From Nemertoderma westbladi (taxonomy: Eukaryota > Animalia > Xenacoelomorpha), in the NCBI GenBank assembly GCA_032718475.1, contig JAUCBJ010008568.1, forward strand, positions 1-64,000: DNA of 64,000 bases, given 5' to 3'. Below, piece after piece: positions 14,045 through 26,532 of this stretch; position 1 is the stretch's first letter, and each line of letters starts with the position of its first letter. The notes beneath the pieces were generated by a model. That model ran no database searches. It was not told the DNA's origin and worked only from the letters and a program-made list of their open reading frames with translations. The translations under genes were made by a program, and so were the position numbers.

Positions 14045-14435
14045 GTAGAAAAAGATTTGCAAGTAATTTGAGCAAAATCCTTTCACACACTCAAAAGTTA
14101 TAGCAACTTTAGTGTCTGCGTGGCGAACTCCAAAACGGAACTCAAGATCCAATTGGTTTATGTTGTTAAGCGGTTCTCTACTACTCTAGTAAGGTAATAA
14201 ATATTCGAGAACACTAAATTATTTATCATTGAGCAGGGCAGCATCAGGAATTGAAGAGTTCAATAATTTGAATCGCAATACTGCAATAGCCAATAACTAT
14301 GGGAGCAATATAGTGAAATATTACAGTTCAATTTCTTTTGTAACACTAGGCCTATATCGCTCTATACAGCTATATTTTATTAAAGAGTTGAGTAGGTAAC
14401 AAAAGGTACCAATTCAAGAATAAAATTACGTATTA
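14045..14435. repeat. Dispersed repeat, copy 1 (copy 2 at about 24985-25285)
   Basis: Shared blocks AGAAAA.GTTTGCAAGTAATTT.AGCAAAATCC, ATTCGAGAACACTA, GGCAGCATCAGGA, AGCAATATAGT and GTACCAATT.AAGAAT.AAATTACG occur in the same order at both loci. Confidence 0.75.
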
Positions 14436-15733
14436 ACGGTAGTTCTAACAGTAGGCCTAGTACCGCAGCCGATTTTCCCCCTTTCTTTTAGTAAAAACTG
14501 AATTTTTTGCCAAATTTTTTACATTTAAAATTAAATCTGTAAATTGAATATTATGATGACTTCGGCACTTCAGTGTGAAATCGTTCAATATTCGGTACCG
14601 AATTTGCCGAATTATATTTAAAATTCGGTTGATCCATAGACGTGGGGTCGTGGCTCGTGGGTGTACTGAAACCGATTTGAGGAATGTAGGGCCACCAATC
14701 ACCGATAGCGGCAGGAGTGGACCCAACACAGATGCCGATAAACAGATAAAGGTGAGGTGCTGACCAGTGACTGACTGTGACACAGGTGCCGAGTGCCGAC
14801 TGGCCGAACACAGTTCCGAAATAGGTGCCGACAAAGTGCAAAGGTGAGGTACCGACAGAGGTTTCAAGCTTCCAACACAGGCTGACAGGAGCACAGGCAG
14901 ACAGGTGCCGTCACAGATACTGACACAGTCTGACAGTTCAATTTCAGTATATTTTCCAATAATATTTCCAATAATTACAGTTGCCGGCATAGGTGCCGAA
15001 TCTAGTATATCACAATCCCATTAGTTAATTATCATATTATTAATTAACCACGTTATATCGCCTTGGTATATTTTCTATCTAATTTAGCATAGGGCCTAAT
15101 CAAATTTTCCGTGTGCTAGCATTAGCTAGATTAGCTGGATAATTTAAATTTTTTATCGATTATATTGAAATTTTTAAATCATTTTTAACCTACCGGTACC
15201 GGTACTGGTACCTATGCGCTACGTAACGTACTGTACATAACCGATACCAATTGGACATACAGGCATAGGCGGATAGGCCTATAAAAGATTACATATAAGA
15301 CTGTAAGATACCGGAAGCGGAAAACTTTTAATTATTTCAATTTTTAAATTATTTTTAAACTATACATAGGCCTACTGGCAGAAATCATTTGTTTTTAACA
15401 TGGTGCAAATTGTTGCTATCATGCTATCCTACTGTCAGACTGTACTAGGCCTATATCAAGAGTTTTACAGGGTGCAATAACTGAATAAGCGCATATGGCT
15501 TTCTAGCCCTTTGCTTTACACATTATGCATTATACTATACAATATACATATTACATGACAGTAGTATGACTCTGCTATCTGACAAGGCCTATTCTGCTAT
15601 TATATCCTAATCCTATATTACCTGGATATTAGGTACACACTATTAATAGATATAGCTACCCTACGGTAGTGGCGGTAGTTGTTTATAATTTTATATTAGC
15701 GATTTCTTCAGTTTTATATTAGCGATTTATACA

Positions 15734-16750
15734 ATGGATATTAATAACACAGTAACTTTTGGTAAAACTAACAACGATACTTCCTTAAAAATTGAGAGTC
15801 AGAATTCTTACCGACGTGAGGAAAGTGATCTAGATGCCCCAACAACCACCACGGTATGCTGCGCAGCGCCTTTCGAGCGCTATAACGGGTCGTGGTGGTC
15901 TCCTAAGTTTAACAACGCAATGATGGAACGACAATACTACACGAGTTCCTTTCCTCTCCGACTCCGGGGATTCCAGACTACCCTAATCTACATCGCCATC
16001 GCCTGTCTCACCTTCCTCATCTACTTCGCTGTTATGGCGAAACCTAATCACCAGCTGTTCATAGCCGGCTGCGTTGCATTCGCTCTGGTTTGCATCGGGT
16101 TACTGGTTTTTACCTGCACGCAGCACTACTGGCGATGGCAGTTCACCGCCTCCATTCTCACTGTCGTCCTTTTATTTGTATTATCTTTAGCGTCGTTCGC
16201 TTTTTACTCCGAACTGCTTAAGCCTGATCTGATTACTCTTTCGCCTATCGCCGCTTTTCTCATCACCATCGAGGTCCTCTTCCTCATATACGCGGTGCTC
16301 CCCCTGCCACTCTACCTCTCCGTCGGTCTCGGCGTTCTCTACAGTATCATCTACGAGCTCCTTTGCTCCGTGAAATCACCCGCAGTGTCATCGTACGGGT
16401 ACGGCTTGTTAGAAGACACTGTAACCGAGTCATACAAACCCTCACAGGTTGTTGTTAAGGTCCTTCTTCATTGCCTTATCCACGCTGTCTGCCTCCACTC
16501 CCATCTGCACATACTACTCCGCAACCGCACCTTGTTCCTCAGCAAGGCTCGCTCCGTCATCGCCAGCAATGAGCTCGAGGCCGAGAAGGCGCTCAAGGAG
16601 AAGATGATTTACTCAGTGATGCCGCGGATGGTGGCCGATAAGCTTATGGAGACGGAGGAGGAGAAACTTAAAAATAAAGAGCCACAATGGGCAGTAAAGA
16701 AGAAACGGAAGGGGAAGAAGGGAAATCAAAGGCAACAACAAGCACCTCAG
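15734..16750 (+). CDS. ADCY9: Adenylate cyclase type 9, coding exon 1 (N-terminus and first 6-TM cassette)
   Basis: Motif FERYNGSWWSPKF...ERQY, then hydrophobic TM segments and EKALKEKMIYSVMPRMVADKLM. The donor CAG|GTTAGT follows 16750 (phase 0). The start codon is tentative. Confidence 0.88.
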
Positions 16751-16896
16751 GTTAGTGGAACGGTGTATATTTTTTATATCTGAACATGTTTATGTTATTC
16801 GTTTCAATTAATCAAAACATACGATATTGTATTGGAAATATACCATTTATATATATATATATAATAATATTATTATTATTATTTTATATTTATATA

Positions 16897-17792
16897 CACC
16901 ATTACCCGTAATATAGCGTCATTTTCTGATGACACGGACCCCCCCCCCCCCCCCCCCCCAAATTTTTCTTCAAATCTTTATCATATTGCTTGAAATTTGA
17001 AACACAACTAGTTCAACTCACCGTGGTTGTTACCATGAAGCTGGAATTTTCGATTTTGCCTTAAAATTTTTTTTATAAGCGTTTTAAAAAAGTGTATTTT
17101 GCGAAATTGCACACCTCCTATCATCGCCATTCTTCACATTATGTCACGTAACAATAACGTATGTCACGTAACAATGCTTGAATTTCATTGAGAAACAGCT
17201 GAGAAATAGGCGTTCAAAGATTGCAAGGATTATTGTTCGCTGCAGGCCATTTATTCTATATAATAAATACACAAAATTCTAGAACGTGTTATTTATTTTA
17301 TGAGTTGGTTGGCAACAGCGGTATGCCTATGCAATATCTATATTGCGTAGCTAATCATGCCTAAACAAATTGTTCCAGAATATTGTTTATTTATTAAATA
17401 GAATAAATGGCATGCAGCGAACGATAATTCTTGCAATCTTTGAATGCCTATTTCTCAGCTGTTTCTCAATTAAATTCAGACATTGTTACATATTTGGAAT
17501 CCTTTCAACGCAAGGTTTCTATTGATATGAAAAAATCACGACTAATGTGAAGAATGGCGATGATAGGAGATGTGCAATTTCGCAAAAGACACTTTTTTAA
17601 AACGCTTATAAAAAAAATTTTAAGGCAAAATCGAAAATTCCAGCTTCATGGTAACAACCACGGTGAGTTGAACTAGTTGTGTTTCAAATTTCAAGCAATT
17701 TGATAAAGATTTGTAGAAAAATTTGGGGGGGGGGGGGGGGGGGTGGGGGGTCCGTGTCATCAGAAAATGACACAATATTACGGGTCATGGTG
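16897..17792. mobile_element. About 900-bp foldback element / long-TIR MITE in the ADCY9 intron
   Basis: Arms of about 390-420 bp are reverse complements (CACCATTACCCGTAATAT...polyC... versus ...polyG...ATATTACGGGTCATGGTG). The element is TA-flanked on both sides and has a short central spacer. Confidence 0.9.
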
Positions 17793-17964
17793 TATATCTG
17801 TCATCTCGACTGGTATTCATACTTCCGTTGGTGGGCGATGACCAACACATCATTCAATAATATATTGTACTGTTCATCGTCTAAGGAAATCCTATTACTA
17901 GTCGCTATATATAATTATGCTATTGAATTAGGAGGCCAGTCAAACCAATGCTAGTATATATATG

Positions 17965-18115
17965 AAGATTGGCGGTGTTACGAGGGTGCGAATTCGCAAA
18001 AAACACTTTTTTAAAACGCTTATATAAAAGTTTTAAGGCAAATTCTAACGGAAGGGGGGGAGGGTTGGTCCGTGACACCAGAATATTACCTTATTATTAC
18101 GGGTCATGGTGTATA
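17965..18115. mobile_element. Diverged, deleted solo arm of the same foldback family
   Basis: TTCGCAAAAAACACTTTTTTAAAACGCTTATA...TTTTAAGGCAAA and ATTACGGGTCATGGTGTA match the right arm of 16897-17792. Confidence 0.75.
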
Positions 18116-18234
18116 ATTATTATTCGTATAGAAAATATGTATCCGAATATGTTGTGATACTGAAAGTAAACATAACTTCACTGTCTATCACGCATTTCCA
18201 AGGTTACGAAATTCAACTATTTTAATATATTTAG

Positions 18235-20565
18235 GTGTTCCGCGACTTCCAGATGTTCCTCATGCAGAACGTCTCCATCCTGTACGCGGACATTGTCGGC
18301 TTCACGAAGATGAGTTCCGGCAAGCGAGCTGACCAGCTTGTCGCACTACTCAATGACCTATTTGGGAGGTTCGATCGACTAGCCGAGCGGCTCGGCTGTG
18401 AGAAGATCTCGACGCTGGGGGACTGCTACTACTGCGTGTCCGGCTGTCCGGAACCGCGAGCCGACCACGCTCGCTGCTGCGTCGAGACGGGACTCGCCAT
18501 GTGCGAGGCCATACAGGAGTTCGATAGGGACGTCGGTGAGGAGGTGAACATGCGGGTCGGGATCCACACGGGGACCGTTCTCTGCGGCATCCTCGGGACC
18601 AAACGTTTCAAGTTCGACGTCTGGAGTCACGACGTCTCCCTCGCTAACACCATGGAGTCCTCTGGGCTGCCCGGTCGGGTTCACATCTCCAACAAAACCT
18701 TCGATTTTCTCGACGGAGAGTACGAGGTTGAAGACGGCAAGGCGCAGAGTCGGAGCACCTCAATGCTCCTCGCCGGGGTCAAATCATACCTGATAGTCCG
18801 TCGGAAGCAGGACGCCCCGCCATTACCGGCCGCGTTCCGTCCGGTTGCGTCCGTGCGTCGACGCGGCACCCTGACCACCGCCGCCGCCAAGGAAGTCGAG
18901 GAGGTTAAACTACCCGACAGCGGAGGCGATCACGACGTCGAAGCGGACGGGGAGGAGGAGGACGAGAGAGAGGATGTTACCCTAGCTCTAGGGTTGGTCG
19001 CCCAGAACCTCGAGGACGACGCCAACGCCATCATAGAGGCCATGGAAGGCAACCCCACCAACATGGACTACTTCTTCAACCCCCCGGTCAACCAACTCAC
19101 CCTGCGGTTCAAACAGTCTGGTTTGGAGTCACGCTACGCAGAGTTCTTCCAGGAGGGTTCCCAATCGTCCGCCGTTTCCTCCACCCTCCGCCAACTCGCT
19201 TATGTCGACTACTTGATCGCCTTCTCCGTATACTTTGTGCTCGCCGTCTGTTGCTTCATTGTCTTTGAGGCCAAAACGCCCTGGTTGATCTACTTCGCCC
19301 TTACCATGGTCGTGGAACTCATTGTCTTTATCTACCAGACCTACTGGTTCGTCCGTGGCGGTATTGAGACCAGTCGTTTTCCAGCAACCAAACAACTAAC
19401 CAAGAGTCTACCTCGTCATCTAATCGGCGTGGTTTTACTTCTCCTCCCTGTCGGCGTCGTCTACGCCAATTTCGTCTGCCAATCCATCTTCCTAGCCGAG
19501 CAATTCGTCGTCTACTTCCTCTGTATTACCATCATGCACTTTGTCAACTTTCCCTTGTTGAGCTCCTGGATGAAGAGTTTGTTGGCGTTTGTCGTCTGTA
19601 TCTCGATGATCGTCGTCCTACAGTTCCCTTGCTGCACCCTCCCCGAACCCACACCCCGCAGCAATGCCACAGTGGGTTCCCAGGGCAACGAGACGCTAAC
19701 CCTCCTCTTCAGCGGCTCCCACGTTGTCAGCTACGAGATCATCCTCGACTTCCTACTCGCCCTCCTCCTCGTCTGGTTCCTCAACCGCGAGTTCGAGCTC
19801 AGCTCTCGCGTCAACTTCCACGGAGAGGCGCTCTCCGTCTCGGACAAAGAGAAGATCGAGTCGATGAGAGACCAGGCCGAATGGCTCCTCCACAACATCA
19901 TACCCAAACACGTCTCTGAGGAACTCAAAGTCAACCTCACCTACTCCCGCAACCACGAAGATATCGGTGTCATCTTCTGGTCCATCACCAACTTCTGGGA
20001 TTTCTACGAGGAGGGCTTCGAAGGCGGCCAAGAATGTCTCAGAGTTCTCAACGAGATTATTGGCGACTTCGACGATCTCTTGGAGAAACCGAAATACAAC
20101 ACGATCAATAAGATTAAGACGATCGGAGCGACGTACATGGCTGCGGCGGGGTTGAATATCCAGCGAAGGGACGAGCGTAACCCATACGGTCATCTCGTTG
20201 CGTTAATTGACTTCGCTATCGATATGCAGCGAGTTATACAGGAGTTCAACTCCAACATGCTGAGTTTCGCGTTCAGCATGCGCTGCGGTTTCAACCACGG
20301 GCCTGTAACCTCCGGGGTTATTGGTACCACGAAGCTGTACTACGACATCTGGGGTGACACAGTCAACGTGGCGTCTCGTATGGACTCGACCGGGGAGACA
20401 GACAGGATACAGGTCGCTGTCAACAGCATGCAGGTACTCAATCGCATGTTCGAGTTCACCCACAGGGGTTCCGTACTAGTAAAGGGCAAAGGGGAGTTAG
20501 ACACCTACCTCGTAGTCAAAAAGAGGGACACCCCTCTGTTAGAAGTTGAAGAATCTGAGACTTAA
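18235..20565 (+). CDS. ADCY9: Adenylate cyclase type 9, coding exon 2 (C1a, C1b, second TM cassette, C2a)
   Basis: Acceptor TTTAG|GTG. C1a: NVSILYADIVGFTKMS, EKISTLGDCYYCVSGCPEPRADHA, FKFDVWS. C2a: FYEEGFEGGQECLRVLNEIIGDFD, KIKTIGATYMAA, GTTKLYYDIWGDTVNVASRMDSTG. These are AC9-type signatures. Confidence 0.93.
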   Translation: MFRDFQMFLMQNVSILYADIVGFTKMSSGKRADQLVALLNDLFGRFDRLAERLGCEKISTLGDCYYCVSGCPEPRADHARCCVETGLAMCEAIQEFDRDVGEEVNMRVGIHTGTVLCGILGTKRFKFDVWSHDVSLANTMESSGLPGRVHISNKTFDFLDGEYEVEDGKAQSRSTSMLLAGVKSYLIVRRKQDAPPLPAAFRPVASVRRRGTLTTAAAKEVEEVKLPDSGGDHDVEADGEEEDEREDVTLALGLVAQNLEDDANAIIEAMEGNPTNMDYFFNPPVNQLTLRFKQSGLESRYAEFFQEGSQSSAVSSTLRQLAYVDYLIAFSVYFVLAVCCFIVFEAKTPWLIYFALTMVVELIVFIYQTYWFVRGGIETSRFPATKQLTKSLPRHLIGVVLLLLPVGVVYANFVCQSIFLAEQFVVYFLCITIMHFVNFPLLSSWMKSLLAFVVCISMIVVLQFPCCTLPEPTPRSNATVGSQGNETLTLLFSGSHVVSYEIILDFLLALLLVWFLNREFELSSRVNFHGEALSVSDKEKIESMRDQAEWLLHNIIPKHVSEELKVNLTYSRNHEDIGVIFWSITNFWDFYEEGFEGGQECLRVLNEIIGDFDDLLEKPKYNTINKIKTIGATYMAAAGLNIQRRDERNPYGHLVALIDFAIDMQRVIQEFNSNMLSFAFSMRCGFNHGPVTSGVIGTTKLYYDIWGDTVNVASRMDSTGETDRIQVAVNSMQVLNRMFEFTHRGSVLVKGKGELDTYLVVKKRDTPLLEVEESET

Positions 20566-21578
20566 TCTTAGCGAATCTCCTATCTTAGGTTCAATAGCAA
20601 CGTAATATTGTAAGGAGTTTGGTTTTGCGCTTAGTAAGTTGGCCTTGCTTTGCTAGAAAATAGTGTTATTATTATATGATGCACTGATAGATTAGTCTAT
20701 TTTCATTGTGCATATATTTATTTTGCAATGTCCCGAGTCCCCAGGTAACCGAGAGGGATGGCTGGTCTTTTCTATTTTAAGTTGGTCTAATACTAATACT
20801 TATACATAGTATCGTGAGAAGTTACTTTCCGATGGCCTTATTGTTCTAATACCATTCGTAGTCCCACTTATTTGATTCCGACACAATTCTAAACAGCACT
20901 GATGATTAAGAATAGTGCAGGTGCACCTTCACATTATCGGTGGATATTTATTGGTTTACTAAGATTTTATCCATTTTATTGTTATAATTCACAATTAATC
21001 AATTATTTTTCTTATTCTCATCATCTCATCCAATAAATTATATTTATTAAAGTATTATCATTCTCACTATCTATAGGAAATAAATTTTCAATAACCACGT
21101 GAGGTACAATTATTTGTTTTGAGTTTGGATCGGGGGATGGGAAGTGTGAAGGAGCTCGAGAGATAGCGCTTAGAATTTATTTTAGATGTTACAACGGTAG
21201 ATAGTTTATTTAATGGAAACCATGGGTGGTGCTCGGTAGATAGTGAGGGAAGTTAATTAGAGAAGCATTACTACTGTGACCATTGGTGACGTCATTCCAT
21301 CATCAGTTTCATTTTAATGCAGCGTTTTTCCATTAATGCTTATTTTAATTATTTTTTTGATGAGTTTTCTGCCGCCGTTATTGGGGGGGCCTTGTAGTTG
21401 AAGGGTTTCCTATATATCGTTATACTGCTCTCTACTTATATTGTGTGAGATCTCACTATGAATCTGGTTATGGTTTATTTGATATTTTGTAAAGTAAGAT
21501 GCCAAAGTATCAATTGTACAGGAATTATTTCACTACAACCTAGCAGCATTCTAATTATAGTTAATACTTATATAAATA

Positions 21579-21879
21579 CACCATAACCCCTAATACAACA
21601 ACCATTTTTAAAATGAAATCTAGATTTCATTCCAAAGACGAAAAATAAAGCTGACGGAGGTGGCTAAAGATTGCTAAATAGACGATTTTTAACGGCTTGT
21701 TGTATCGAAATAGCTCATAAATTAAAAAATCAGGCCAGGCCAGCAGTAAGAAAAGGTATCGATCTATCATCATACCAAATTTCGTAGCATTTTATTGAAA
21801 TTTGAAAAAAATTAGGGGGGGGGGGGGGGGGGGGCGCTCCGACCCCCTAAAAATGGTTGTTGTATTAAGGGAGATGGTA
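21579..21879. mobile_element. TA-flanked MITE related to the ADCY9-intron foldback family
   Basis: TIRs CACCATAACCCCTAATACAACAACCATTTTTA / TAAAAATGGTTGTTGTATTAAGGGAGATGGTA with an internal poly-G tract. The termini resemble CACCAT.ACCC.TAATA of 16897. Confidence 0.75.
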
Positions 21880-22482
21880 TATATAAATAAACTAAATTTG
21901 GTTCCCTGAAAATGTTTGTTTTACGTAACGTAAAGTTCCGTTTAGTTTGTAATAATAAGAAATATAATTATGAACAACGTTATTGACAACTACAATAGAA
22001 CATTGTAACTTTTTATTTATTATTATAAATCGTACTTAATTTTAATTGTATCGCTCGCCTCGCTATTTCTCTACACATCGCCCTTATTAATCGCCTATAA
22101 TTCCCCCACTTTGGTGTATCGCAATCTATTATCTATCAACTAAATGTCCCCGTAAATATCCAGTAATATTCAATTAATTACTATTACTATTATATACCGG
22201 TACTGTGTTTAGTTGTCTATTAGTGTACGAACTTACTTCTTTAATTAATTTAAAAACTTGCGTTTATGTGTGCTCCTTGTATTGCTATCAATGTGGTTTC
22301 TTAAACAAGCAAATTAATTTTTTTGTATTTTAAATTAGTTAATTTGGCGGTTTATTTTCGAAAGAGCAAATAGGCCTCGCGAAAACGGTTATATGTTAAA
22401 AATTAAAATATTGCTTTTATTCTATTCTTTTTTATTCTGAATCTCCCAAATACTTCTAAAACTCCCCAAATATGCGTCGTAT

Positions 22483-23059
22483 TAAGAGTCGAGCGGAATT
22501 ACATTTTTACCGGAACCAGAACCGGAATGATACAAATTTTACCGGAATGTGATTTTTTTGAATTTTTGTACAAGAACTTGGCACATTTAAAAGAAAAATA
22601 CAACACATATGATCAGAGGGCTACTGTGTGTACTAATGCCGTATGTTGCTATGCTATGCGATGCCTAGTTTCCCTATATTTCGTATAGAGATTTATTGTG
22701 TGTACTGGAAACGCGCAGACACGTTTAACCCTTATTGAAGATCGTCAGTTAGGTGTACAGGTTTCCAACAAATGTATATATGATCCTGTCATTAACCCAT
22801 TTCGAATTTTATAATCAAAGGCCACTCCAAGTCCAAATTATAATTTGTAAAAATGTGTCTTACTAACTGACTGATCATATGAAATCGGACAATTGTTCAT
22901 AGTAAATAAATTTAGAGTAATTGTCAGTTAATACTTCTGAAAAAGGAGATGGTTGTGAAAAAATGCGATTCATCTCATTTGTTACATAAATGTATAATTC
23001 CGTTTCCTATAACCGGAACTGTATATTCCAGCCAGAACCGGAATTCCACTCGACCCCCA
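22483..23059. mobile_element. hAT-like MITE
   Basis: 8-bp TSD CGTCGTAT (22475-22482 and 23060-23067), TIRs TAAGAGTCGAGCGGAATT / AATTCCACTCGACCCCCA, and ACCGGAA subterminal repeats. Confidence 0.8.
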
Positions 23060-23787
23060 CGTCGTATCTCGAAATAGTCGCATAAAAACAAACTGTTTGG
23101 TCGTAAAAGCCAAATATATCATAAAAGCCCTAAAATGCTATATTCTATAAACATGATGCTTTTTTTGAACTATTCAAAGCAAATGAAACCGCTAAAATGT
23201 TTTTAATCTTAGCAAAGCAGCACTCAATGTTCATTGAAAAGGAATTCGAATAATCTAAAATATATTTCTATTGAACTAGGCCTATAATGTTTTGTATTTT
23301 TTTTTCAAAATAAACCATTGAAAATGAAATGTATTTTTTGTCCGGCGTTATTTCCTCGTTATATTTCATCAAAATAGAAAAAGCATTTTTCCTCGGCCTT
23401 CGGACTCGGAAAAAAGTATGCTTTATCTATTCCTAGAAATTGCGGATTATAATGTCGGACAATAACTATTTACATACTTGTGTGTAAAAAGTACTTTGCA
23501 ACAAGTATGTATGTATGTAGTTTTATTCCAAAATTTTAACATTACGAAATGATTGTACATATACATTATAAGTGATAGTAAACTGCACAAATTAAAATAG
23601 TTGCCGTATAAATAAATGTAAAAATGACATAAATTATGTTATAAATAAGTTCGCTTATATTTATCGCCGGCGTTTGGAGCCATGTTATAATAATATAGTT
23701 AGGCCAAACTGGTTATTAATAGCTATACCCCGCGCCTACCGGTAGGTAATGCAGTAGGCCTATCTGGCTGTCAGGCAAATTTCCATC

Positions 23788-23877
23788 TATTGTTTACGTG
23801 ATATCCAATGAGGCGTTAAGTAATGTCCCCTTAGTGGACATTACGTAACGCCGTCATGGGTTACAACGTAAACAATA
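23788..23877. repeat. Imperfect inverted repeat (about 90-nt hairpin)
   Basis: TATTGTTTACGT...GGCGTTAAGTAATGTCC pairs with GGACATTACGTAACGCC...ACGTAAACAATA. Confidence 0.75.
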
Positions 23878-26457
23878 ACACCCACTACAATACTAAATGT
23901 ACAGGCCAATACAATGCTGTAATGTACTCTAAAGTTGTAAAGTGCTAAATAACAACTCGCTGTTAATACTAACGGCGTTGAGTAATGTTACAATTTTGGA
24001 ATAATAAAATGTTACTTTCTTTTTGTCAAAAAAAAAATATTAATTATAATTTAGATAACTGCAATATTTGTATTATAAATTATTAGCCAATCAACTGCGC
24101 TTGACTCGTGACGTGACTGAAACTACCCGATTATTCGATGTTGCTAATTTTTCGTTTTAAAATCGCTATAACTTGGCCAATATTATTTTAAAAAGAAAAA
24201 TTGTTGCCCTCTGGGGTTTTTTTCGCATGGAATCAACGAAACTGGAAAAAAATTTCGAGTCGTTAATCCCATCTGAGGATTTGCGGGTAATGAATGTATG
24301 ATAAATCAAAATAATAGATAAGAATGTTTCAATTTCGTAATATTACCAAAGTTTGGGATCCATAACATATAATCCGACTATCTAAAAATATGTTGTTTTA
24401 AGTCATCCAGCGGTTGTTATTTCGCAGGCATTGTGATAATAAGCATTATTAATTAATAATTGTTAAACAATTATTACGATCGACTCAGGTGACGTTCTTG
24501 TTTGTGCATTTTTTATTTTTTTTTTTTTTTCAATTTAGCAATAAAATTACAAACATCAAACATAAAAGAATTTGGTTGATAAACATTTAGCGAATAAAGA
24601 GTTGGTCACTATTGTAGACCGGAAATATATGGTCTGGACTAGGGATGCGACGGAGTTCCGGAATCCGGAGCTATGGACCAATTTTCTAGCTCCGGCTCTG
24701 GTTCCGGCTCCGGGTAAATTAATCCGGAGCCAATCCGGAGGTTATGTTGTTGAAATTCGAATTAAAATAATAGGTTTTATTCTTAAGTTTTAAATTTTTA
24801 CTTTTTTCACTCGAATATACCTCAAAATCGTGAGAAATATGAGTACTTTTTTCCGTAGGGAAAAAGTAATCAATAGGATTGTATTCATTTTACTTTTTTT
24901 CCCGGCGAAAAAAGTCAAATAAAATATTTTTTTGGTGGAACTTCTTAAGTTTTATTACATGTGTTGAAAGATCATATATTGTAAGTAGAAAAGGTTTGCA
25001 AGTAATTTTAGCAAAATCCATTCAAGCGGCTCTCTAGTTACGTGATTACGTTACTTTATTACACTTTATTACTTCATTACGTTATTCGAGAACACTATAT
25101 TATATTAACAATGAACAAGGCAGCATCAGGAGTTTAAGAGTACAATAATTAGAATCGCATTAACTATGGAAGCAATATAGTAAAATACTGCGGTTCAATT
25201 TATTTTGTAACACTATATCGTTCTTTCTTTTATTAAAGAATTGAGCAACAAAAAAGTACCAATTTAAGAATTAAATTACGCATTACATGGGAAAAAACTT
25301 AGAAAATTTTTTTTCAATATTCTATCGACCCATTATTAACCTCGCTGGCGCTCAGTAAATAAAATGCCTCGAGAACAGTGAAAAAAAGTTCTACTTTTTC
25401 CCATACTGTTTTGATGTAAATATCATAATAGTTAAAATAAGTTGTTAACATAATCAAGTGTGGGTGGATGCTGATTGGTTACAGCTTGTTGTCCTTAAGT
25501 TTCCTGATACCCCCCCCCCCCCCCCACCCCCTTTGTTAAATTGTTTAAATGTTTGAACAACTACATTGTTAAAATTATTCAGTTAGTTTGTCGCATTTGT
25601 GTAAAATAATAAGTTTAAGTACTTATAATTCTAGAACTATTTTATTTACATCATACTATTTATAATAGCCATTGGGTGCTGCATCATTGTACAGCAGCCA
25701 TTAAATTTATCCATTAGAACCACCAAATATTTCGATAAGTGCGGCAACGCAGTTGATAAATATATGGAGGGGGGGGGGGGGGATCAAATGAGAAGTCTAA
25801 ATCATTGTATATTTTAGCCCAATGAACACCAGATATGGGGTTTTTGACGCAATAAAAATTCATCCCTCTCCAGGGGAAAATCGACGCAAATAACAGCTGA
25901 TTAACTACCAAAAATAAAACTGTAACCTGTTCTATTGTGTTTAGTTTATTTATTGTTTTGGTTAGAATAACATGCCACTGTAATCGGCTCATTTCCCTTA
26001 ATTAATAATTTAACATTGTGGGGAGATATTAATTCGCCGAGAAGGAATTTGCGTCAAATCCCCCCCCCCCCCCCTCCCTGTCTCATGAACCTACTATAAT
26101 ATATCTGTCTAGGCCTATGGAATTATCAATCCTCAAATTCGAATCCCGCCACTGGCGAATTCAACATTATATTATATTTGTTGATAAAGTGTTCGTCCGA
26201 AATCGGTGATAAATTATTTTGTATATCCCGGGAAAAACGTTTGTAACTAATTACAACAACTAACAGTGTATTGTAGATTTTCGTTTTTCACGCCGGTTTC
26301 TTTTCTAACTGTTGTATTTGTAACGCCTTTTTTTTCTTTTTTTTTCCACCCGTGTAGTAATAATAGCAATCAGTACGGTGCACTTTGTGTTTTTTTTGAA
26401 TTAGTTAATTAATTATTATAATGTTAAATTTTGCGTAGCGTAATTAATTCATTACTC

Positions 26458-26532
26458 TTTTTAAAAAGTAGCGATTTCTTTAGAATCCAAAGACCGACTT
26501 TGGATTCTAAAGAAATCGCTACTTTTTAAAAA
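26458..26532. repeat. Perfect inverted repeat, 35-bp arms and 5-nt loop
   Basis: TTTTTAAAAAGTAGCGATTTCTTTAGAATCCAAAG-ACCGA-CTTTGGATTCTAAAGAAATCGCTACTTTTTAAAAA. Confidence 0.95.

Noticed and set aside
14457-14990. 177-aa minus ORF and overlapping short ORFs
   Set aside because: They lie in GCCGA/ACCGA-repeat, MITE-like sequence and have no protein motifs.
18379-20463. Antisense and alternative-frame ORFs within ADCY9
   Set aside because: Shadow ORFs caused by GC-rich codon usage, with no recognisable motifs.
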